Shown piece after piece: positions 55,649 through 64,000 of a stretch of DNA of 64,000 bases (positions are counted from its first letter, which is position 1; every line of letters starts with the position of its first letter). This DNA comes from Amoeboaphelidium protococcarum X5 (lineage: Eukaryota; Fungi; Aphelidiomycota). Under the pieces are notes generated by a model. It saw nothing but the letters and a program-made list of their open reading frames with translations. It ran no database searches and was not told the DNA's origin. The translations under genes were made by a program, and so were the position numbers. Location of the stretch: NCBI GenBank assembly GCA_023515725.1, contig JALDTO010000208.1, positions 124,001 through 188,000 of the forward strand, written 5' to 3'.

Positions 55649-55940
55649 TCGGTACACGACGTCGGTGCGCAATCATCCTCGGGCGAGCCGAAGTTCGGGA
55701 AATCGCCGCGTCACCGTCGGCTGTGGAGTTATGAATCCTTCTATGACTAACATTCGGCTTAAATTCACGCCCGAGTAGAGGAAGAATTTTCGGTGGCTAA
55801 ATGGGTAGTCGACAAAAGTTGTTGGTAATAGTTGGCTCTTCACAAAGCTTCACTCTAACTGTATTAACAACGGACGTTTTCTGCCTTGTACTGTACTGCA
55901 CGCACCGATGCTCTTTACCGACTAGTAATATATATTTTTT
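55649..55940 (+). ncRNA. Candidate structured non-coding RNA, family not identified
   Basis: Nested complementary helices 55649-54/55916-21, 55661-69/55901-09, 55678-85/55768-75, 55686-92/55753-59, 55818-35/55855-71; G-U pairs favour the + strand; T6 at 55935-40. Confidence 0.55.
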
Positions 55941-56259
55941 AGCACTGATGATCCCTTTTCTAACTTCCATTTAAAAAAATAACCTTGATTGCCCATAAGC
56001 AGTGTTACCTCAGATGATATATTATGCAACACAAGCTTTTGATCATCGAATCGCATGTTGCTAAATCAGAACTTCTGATCAAAGTGTGCCGTTAGAGGAA
56101 ACGTTACGCGCATGGCTGATTGGACAATACAGGATCACAGGTAACCTTTGAACAAGCAGCACAAGGTGCTACGGTAACTTGACGATTAACTATAGTAACT
56201 GGCGCCATGAACAGCCACTTCTCATCCGCATGCAGATTCACTATAAAACAGGGACAACA

Positions 56260-56895
56260 ATGGACTCATAGAAACCTAATAATACTATATCAACTACTTT
56301 TGATATCTGCGACAACGCTCAAGATGCTAACATATAACTGGCTTATGCCAAAAAGCTGGATGATATACTTATCATGATGCACGAGGATGATGAATTCGAT
56401 GAAGACAGTGATACTCAGCTGACAGTGTCAACAACAACCATGTCATCCAGCTTCTATCGGCGACGTCAAATGTCTAATAACTCAACGGGTGACGGCTCGG
56501 TGATGTCTGAACTCACTCGATCAATGTCCACCGCGTCAACAGAGGCGCAGTCGTTGTGCACCTCCGATGATACAGATGACGAGCAATTCAGATTCCTCAC
56601 TCTGTAGAGGAGCTAAAGTGTAAGCGGATCCCCTCTGGCTAATCCTAGAAATAAGTACGTGAAATCTTCTGATTCTATTGAACCCGTTGTCACACTTCCT
56701 CGTCGCTCATCCCACAAGACTCATCGGCGCTAGCCCAGTATGCACTTCCACCCTCTTACTGGCGTTAGAAGGCTTAGCTCTCTCGATGAAGATGCACCGC
56801 GTACTCCTATTGAAACGACTGGAATGTATGATAGTTACTGCGCTCCTCGATCGCCCTCCATAAGTCTATTCCGAATGATTAAATCTAAAAAGTGA
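56260..56895 (+). CDS. Ser/Thr-rich low-complexity protein, unknown function
   Basis: ATG (or 56230) to TGA frame that includes ORF 56374-56607. Confidence 0.55.
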
Positions 56896-56944
56896 TGAAG
56901 GAGTTGATGAAACATCCAATAGATATCTTTCATATCAATCCAAG

Positions 56945-57704
56945 TCATAGTTTAGTGCTTTAATGATCTCTCATGAATGGATCTCCAAAGTGACACTCTT
57001 GAAAACACTACATGCAATAGCAATCCTCATCGCACGATTTACAACGTACAGAAGCATAATCGCTGCAAATAGCGCATTCTTTTATAACTCTACTTCCTTT
57101 CGTCTTCTGTGTAGGTTAACTTGATTCTGTTGATACACGGGGTTGTTATTGCTCTTCAACAGCCTTCTGCGTGGAAAACTCAGTACCTCTGACAGTTTAG
57201 GCTTCATTGAGAACCTTTTGAACTAGTGGATCTTGTTGTAAGTTTTTAAATCGCTCCATAAATTTAGCATCTTGATCGTTTACAATATTATGAGTTTCTC
57301 GCTCCAAATAAATTTACTGATTAAACTGCTCCATAATCTAATCAACTTCTGCATCTTCATCCATTAATCTCTGTTCACCGGAAACTTGGGCTCTGATCTC
57401 TTAATAAAGCTCATGTCCAACATACCTTTAATGTCGAACAGGTGCTATTTCTGATTAAGCAGACTAACCCAGATTGCGATTCCTTGCTCCTTCCTAATGA
57501 ACGTACGGCTTTGCGCCAGCTATTTACTCAAATCTCTTCATCAAAGACTCTCTACATATAGATAACACACATATTTCTATCTGCTCATTAAACAGATTAA
57601 GACACTTACTCATCCATTTCGCTAGTCTTAGCTGATCCATCTTATAATTTACTTTAGAGCTATCTGAATCGCCTCTCTAAATCATTATCATCAGATCGAT
57701 CCAT
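56945..57704 (-). CDS. ZFYVE19/ANCHR-type B-box zinc finger protein; intron 57552-57609
   Basis: C-terminal CAICSDYASVRCKSCDEDCYCM(Q)CFQECH....MRDH; repeated LERRF..L-like helices. Confidence 0.65.
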
Positions 57705-57873
57705 CGCTGTTTAGAGATTCACTTGAAAAATAGAAAGAAGCGGTATTGTAAAATTTAATCGTAGATTCAAGATAAAAAGTAAATTAGACAGGCAGAGTAT
57801 ACATTAACTTATTTATTTCTTTGTAGAATCACAAAAGATCTGACAGTGCAGAGAATGGTGAGGAGAAGTATAA

Positions 57874-58467
57874 TCAGAAATCATCGATGCCATCCACTCC
57901 GGGACCATGAACATTCTGATTGTCTAAAAACCTATTACGCGGCGCCCAAGTGATTCTCTTCTCACGAAATTTCTCTGATGGAGCCAGCTGCCACTTGCGA
58001 AGACCCCAGATGGCACCCGCGAATATAAACGCGCCTCCTATGACACAGCAACAGATGATAATGATCGTCGTTGTGCTGACTGCACCGCCACCACCTTGCT
58101 TGTTATCTTCATTCTCTCTTCTCACATTAGACGCGCCGTCAGTTGGGAATGGCACAGCATCTGAGGTTGAAGACGAGCTTGGCGATGATGACGATGGCGA
58201 GGAAGGAGATGGAGATGGAGGAGGCTGCGGAGAGGACGGAGATGGAGGCGGTTGCGATGGAGGATTATTCTACTCATCAGAAGGAGGAGGAGGTGGCGGC
58301 GGAGGACTTGGTGAACGATCAGGAGGTGGTGGTGGGGAAGGCGAGTCTGGTGGCGGTGGTGGTGAAGGATTAGGTGGCGGTGGTGCTGGATTTGTATTGT
58401 TTCTACGTTGCGCAGCCACCATAGAGACAAGCAGTATAGCCAGAAATATCCATTGTACAAATTTCAT
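57874..58467 (-). CDS. Pro-rich (SPn) single-pass membrane protein
   Basis: Signal peptide MKFVQWIFLAILLVSMVAA, SPPPPP repeats, TM IIIICCCVIGGAFIFAGAIWGL. Confidence 0.75.
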
Positions 58468-58853
58468 CTTCAAAATTAATCAATCTTCTGATATACGGTT
58501 GTGTTGATTATGATAAATGTACCAGTAAATTATGAAAATCGATTTAAAAGAATGAGCTACTAACTGCCACGACTTAATCTAATGCCAGGTAACGATTGAT
58601 CAAAATGGTGACCAATCAGAGCGCTGTGATCATCTAGACGCGTGAGCATTGGCTGGCTCCACCTACGATGCTACGCTGCAAACCACGAATAGTTAATGTT
58701 GTTGATTTTCATGATAAGGGATTGATGCTTGGCAAATGAATGATGCACCGGTCACATATTCTAGTGGAAATTTGCATGAAAGTTGAGTTTCCATATATAG
58801 CCATCGCAAAATTGCTCATCAACAAAACATTTTACTTTCTGCTTTCATTTTAC

Positions 58854-61812
58854 TCACTCCTAACGCTTGGCATCATCAAACACAAATTTAACTTTGACAA
58901 TGTATCGCATTAGAATTTAATCAACCTTATATACGATATACTCGTTATACAATAGCTCAGACTCTGCAAGCTCGTTATTTTCAACAGGAGGCCCAACCGG
59001 GCAATCGACTTCTGTCGTGACATATTATTTGAATTCTTAGCTGGCTTTCTCCGCTGGTTTAGATGACTCTTGATGAGCAAAGGATTTTACATTACGAGTA
59101 CTACGTCTCAGCTGCTTGACTTCTTCAACTTTGGGCAGTCCATTAGTATTAATCTCACTGGCATTGGATATCTGTGTTACAGATTTAAATTTGACTGATG
59201 ACAGAGGAGCAGTCTTACCAATTCCTTTCACTGAATGTTTCCCACCAGGTAGTCGCTCTATGTATTAGCTCTCCGTCAATTCCAAACTCTCTCCTAATGC
59301 AACCTCAGATAATATCAGTAGGCCTTCATCATTATCCGGGGAACAACTGCAATAATTGGCACTCTTGCTAACCATGTCCGCAAAATACACGCCCTTGCCA
59401 AACATGTAGCCAGTACTAGGCGCTTCAGGCGGCGCGATCCTGAGACCTTCACTCAATATACCGACAAAGTTTGAAGTTCTCGATCCATGCCATAACATTC
59501 GACGATTAGAAGCCATGTCGGGACTAGACGACAACAGAACATCATATCTACTTCTCTCTTCCGCTCTCTCAATCTCATAAGCATCTAATAGCTAAAGCTT
59601 ATACTCGGAATGCGTCGGGGCGTGTGTAGTTTCCAAACTTTACTTGATCAATTTGAACTCTTAACTAGATTTTCTCATAGGCTGTATTTTGGCATTTAAC
59701 AGTTCAAATTGGATATCCAACGGATCCTTATCACTATCTTACAGTTAAGCAGAAGCATTCACCTTCATCATCTTAGTGGCAACCTCAATTTCACGCAGTT
59801 GATCAAGTAAATCTAATTTAGTTTTGATTATCTACTCGTTGTCCAAGAGAGGAGGCCTCCCAGTAAAAGTATGAGGAATAAGAGTGTAAAATTGATTCGT
59901 ACACTGCTGAATAACAGACTTTTTAGGCGAGGCGGATTAGACATTATCAAGAGCGGATGCAAGTAACTCGTAGCACTAAGATATCTGGCGTTATGATATC
60001 ATACCAAGCGGCATCCTGTCCAGATCAATCTCCATCTCGATCAACGTTCGCTTCAGAGCGTCAATATCAAAAATCATCTTCATTAAACTCTGCACAGACT
60101 TTGGCAACTTTGACTTTGTACCAGGCTCGATCTAAGTGTTCAATTAGATATCTTTACTCTCAGGAACAGCCAAGTCCAATGGGAACATTTTCCTGGGCTT
60201 TTTCTCGAATGCAATCTCACTCTGAAACTCATTCCCAGTCTTTTCGAAATACACAGTCTTGAACAAATCTATAGCTTCATCTTTAGACGAGCAAGTAAGC
60301 AAAGAGTCTCCGCCAATGTCAGTCCCAACGCGGCCCCATTTCTTATAAAGATAATAACTGGCACTACCTTGACCACCTCTCTTGCGCTTTTTGGACTATT
60401 CTAAATTACCAACCCAGTCTCCTTCCAAAGCCTAAACTATATAGAACGTATTCTTGTTAGACTATACATCAGAACTGGCAAGAACAGACGCATACACAAC
60501 ACCATCAGACTTTAAGATGTGATGAGACTCGTGGAGACCAGAGTCAACGTCAACTATTGTGCTTCCTTTAACTAAAACCTTACGGCTTCTATCGCCATTG
60601 CGCTCTGAAGGCTTTCTCTCAACGTTCTCATCTAACGTGACAACTTTGACTTACACAGACTGTGTACTACTATTATCCACAATGATTCTTTCTATCGGGA
60701 GTGTCAGATTATCAAAAGAAACCAGCTTGAGAACTTCTTCAGGAAGTTTAGCCTTGTGTAAATTGATAAGACTCACAGGCATTAGATGAGAACATGCACT
60801 CCATGCGTCATGATGATGGCATCTATACTGTTAAGTGTGAGCATCATACTCCAGGCAGTTATGACCACATTCTGGGCATTATTGTGGCACACCAAAACAT
60901 AAAATGTCAGTAACTCTGTCAACCAATCCCTGGAAGCTACCACTCAAGTTCTCTAAACCATTATGCTACAACACCATCTAAAGTCCAGCTTTTGACAGAG
61001 CCTTTTTCAAAATGTCTTTAACCTTCCACATGACTTCATTCTAAACTTTAAGCATATTTTGTAAGTCTTTAGATTAATCCTTGATTAAATTGGCATTTTA
61101 ATACTTTTAAGTATCAGATGAATCCGCTTTAACTTGATCAGTGCCGACTTTTACCTTATTATCGCCATTATTGATATTAGAAAACTGATCCTTCAGAAGC
61201 TGTATGTCATCATCCGCCAGTCCTTTCCATCCTTCAAAATCCTCCACCGACTAGCATTTAGTGGGATGATGCTCTAGGAAACATTCGACATGATGCCAGG
61301 CAGGGATAGGACCATATGGACCACCGTTATCCATCAAGAACGACAGACGCACCAAGCCTTTAGCAATATCATTCTCACATCCTCTACACTTGCTCTTACC
61401 AGACTTGGCATACTCCACGCGCAATCCCTCCAGCCGTCCCCTCGCTGAGCCAGTGAAACGGCCATTGTTCTCTTGAATCAATTTCCTCACATTCTCTTGA
61501 TCTTTCCACCTCAATGTACTAAACTCAAACAGATTGCTCTCAGTCAGTATAAGGGCGGCATTCCTAGTCTTGAAGAAGCACTTTGGATGATACCATAGTA
61601 ATTACACACCATCAAAGAATCTACTCTGTACGGCAGCCCCAATCTTCAACTAGTCTTCCTTGATATACAAATCACACTTCTTACATGCTCCTCTCCCCGT
61701 CTACATACCATATATTCTATCAAGTTTGTATTCAAGTAAATAGTAATAAAGATAGATATACCTTAGCATACTCGCATAAAGCACTTCCTGCAGGGATATC
61801 AACTTTAGGCAT
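58854..61812 (-). CDS. PARP1: Poly(ADP-ribose) polymerase 1-like (ZnF-ZnF-PADR1-WGR-regulatory-catalytic); intron 61701-61761
   Basis: [61 protein letters not shown]. Confidence 0.93.
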
Positions 61813-62072
61813 ATTAAACTCAGATGGCAATCCTAAAAATACTACTGCAGTATAATCGTCTTATGAATGGTGAGGGAAGAATAGAAAGCTTACAGCCAAG
61901 TAAAAGGCGCGTTTCAGAGAACCAACTGGTCGCGCGAGAAAACAGAACAAAAGTGAAACGCATTTAGATCAGTCCCATCCGTGTGTGTGTAAATTACAGT
62001 TCTGGCTGCCAGCTAGGACATGTAATATAGCATAAAAAGGAGATTATTAAATCAATGAGTGAGTGTGATAAT

Positions 62073-62462
62073 TCATGCACTTATAATCATGTCATTGAGA
62101 GATCGAGTGTTATCAGTGCTAAATCCAACGGCAGCCTCTGCATCTTTCTACGTGTACGGTTCCTCTTCATTGATTTCCTTCACTCTTCTCTTGTGGTCTT
62201 TAGTCTTTAGGTGCGCGTCTAATGCCTTCTAATTGACAAAGTGCCTGGCACAATGCACGCACGGATGGAGTCCACCACCAGGTAGGTCCACGTTAAACTT
62301 CACTTCAGCCTCAACCGGTGTGCCATCATTACTTGATCGAGTCAGTTTCTTCAAATCTTCATGAATCTAATCCAAATCCTTCACTCTGGCTCTAGTCCTA
62401 AATTTTCTATAATTATCACGAATCTTGTGGTGTTTCCTACTCTTTTTCTATGCTCCAGCCAT
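62073..62462 (-). CDS. BUD20: Pre-60S zinc finger protein Bud20/ZNF593
   Basis: RTRARVKDLD(Q)IHEDL, DLPGGG..PCVHCARHF, H.KTKDHKRRVKEI.EEPYT(Q)KDAEAAVG. Confidence 0.9.
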
Positions 62463-62569
62463 GACTTATTTCGCGTTTATCTATGTGATGCTTTATAACA
62501 ATACAACGCAAAATGAGAAGAAAGAAGAAAGATAAATTTTAAGAGAGATCCATACATTGTCATAAAATT

Positions 62570-63445
62570 TCAACGTATTAGATTATCTTGAAGAAAGTTC
62601 AATTGAGGAGCTTGACGGAGATATGACAATTTAGATGCAAAGTGCCATCGTAATGGCTTTTGTATGCGGTCAAGAGCGCGTTGAACTTGAAGTGTCCTGG
62701 CCGAGTGATCTTCATGAGTTTAGCCTAATGCCAGCCAGCGAATGTTTAATTGAGTCAAGCACGGACTAGCGTCCACCTAAGTTATGCCCATACATGTTGG
62801 CTTTAGCTATGGAAACTGAGGAAATTTCTACTGAAGGAGTTTAGGTAGAAGCTCTTTAGCCGTACTTTCCATCCTTATTTATCTTCTCGACTTGCCTTCC
62901 CGCATCGATTACACTTACGATGATAACGCGTCAACCGATTCAGAATCGCCAGCTTGTACATAATCAGCATCACGGAACTTCTTCAGAGTAAGTCCATCTT
63001 TATTACGAGGCTTAGCGGCTGAAAGATATTATACCTCAACCAAGTGCTCTTAATGTTTGTCGCCAGATAATAGATTCTTTAAATTTCGCCGCAATTTTCC
63101 AACATTTCCTTTTACGCGATTACCATTAGATGGAGTCATGAGATATTCACTCAATGATTTCAACTCTGAGCGGGTAGGTATTGCCAATGGACTATGACTC
63201 TATGTCGCTTACTCAATCAATAAATTATTCAAGTCTTTATCCACATTTTCATGATATCGCGGAGTAGCAGGGATCTCATTCTATATCAATAATCTCGGAG
63301 ATATCACTTTCTTATCAGCAAAGTCTTACACTAAATTCTGAGTTTATTATTTCCTCAATAACTTTTTGGATATTCTTTCAGTCCACACACTAACCATATC
63401 CACGCGGGTTAGATTTGACGCGAATTGACGCGCACTTGATTTCAT
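62570..63445 (-). CDS. Mitochondrial ribosome-binding factor A (RbfA)-like protein
   Basis: Basic presequence-like N-terminus; C-terminal IT(Q)VDASPCL...LRWHFASKLSYLRQAPQLNFLQD matches the RbfA pattern. Confidence 0.6.
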
Positions 63446-63594
63446 ACTGATTTCGTATCTAATTTCCCACGAAGAAGAAGAATATTTATAGCTAGTTGAC
63501 GTACTATAAGCTCAATCTATAAGTCTACCGTCATACTTGCTTATAAACTAAAGCGCGCTAAATTTGATTGAACATTCTCCAGCATTGAGTAAAA

Positions 63595-63918
63595 ATGAAG
63601 GCCGTCAAATTGAATTAGCAATAGAGAACGTAATTGTTGGAACCGCTGTTAAAGTCTGGATGGACACTGAACGATGTGGATGGCAAAGAAATTATAAAGA
63701 AGTTGTACCAGTTCAAAGACTTTAAGGCTGCATTCGGTTTCATGACACAAGTCGCTCTTCACGCAGAGCAGAAAGATCATCATCCAGAGTGGTTTAATGT
63801 TTATAATCGCGTCGATGTTGGATGGTCTACGCATGAATGTAATGGTCTGTCCGAGCGAGACATCGCGGCTGCTCAGTTTTGCGATTCTTTATAACAAGAC
63901 ACTGCAAAGTCTAATTGA
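63595..63918 (+). CDS. PCBD: Pterin-4-alpha-carbinolamine dehydratase
   Basis: FKDFKAAFGFMTQVA..AE..DHHPEWFNVYNRV...STHECNGLSERD. Confidence 0.95.
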
Positions 63919-64000
63919 TCAAATGGAATTTATAATAATGAAATTAATAAGCTAAAATACTGATATATTTAATTCATAATATTCATTTAACGCGATTAAA

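Noticed and set aside
55881-55893. CTGCCTTGTAC resembling U5 snRNA loop I
   Set aside because: Mismatch in the invariant loop and no flanking U5 stem
54964-56229. Telomerase RNA in the long intergenic gap
   Set aside because: No TTAGGG-type template (CTAACCCT) found on either strand
62461-63141. 227-codon + strand frame whose ATG overlaps the BUD20 ATG
   Set aside because: Antisense shadow of the RbfA-like gene; long frames arise more easily when TGA is the only stop

Overview
Gene-dense eukaryotic nuclear DNA (about 41 protein genes in 64 kb, short GT-AG introns of 55-70 nt) from a fungus-related opisthokont that does not use the standard code. TAA and TAG occur in frame throughout conserved housekeeping genes at positions where homologs have Gln, and every complete gene ends at TGA (ciliate-type code, NCBI table 6). 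The supplied ORF track is therefore fragmented; I re-read the genes by hand with TAR=Gln. This code combined with a fungal-like gene set matches what is known for the aphelid Amoeboaphelidium protococcarum, an algal parasitoid; that organism assignment is an inference. Recognisable genes include RUVBL1, PUF60-like, NSUN2/TRM4, RPN2, COX6/COX5A, a PAS hybrid histidine kinase, STI1, metacaspase, a GH16 glucanase, PSMA4, eIF1, uL2, ALG7, PSF1, CTF18, PARP1, BUD20, RbfA-like and PCBD. Points worth follow-up: an unidentified ~290-nt highly structured RNA candidate at 55649-55940; enrichment of TAR codons just before the terminal TGA; a secreted PPPDE/DeSI-like peptidase near other secreted orphan genes; a LIM-LIM-PDZ protein; a 3xKH protein with a possible triphosphate-tunnel domain; and a recurrent CGCG/ACGCGT promoter motif.
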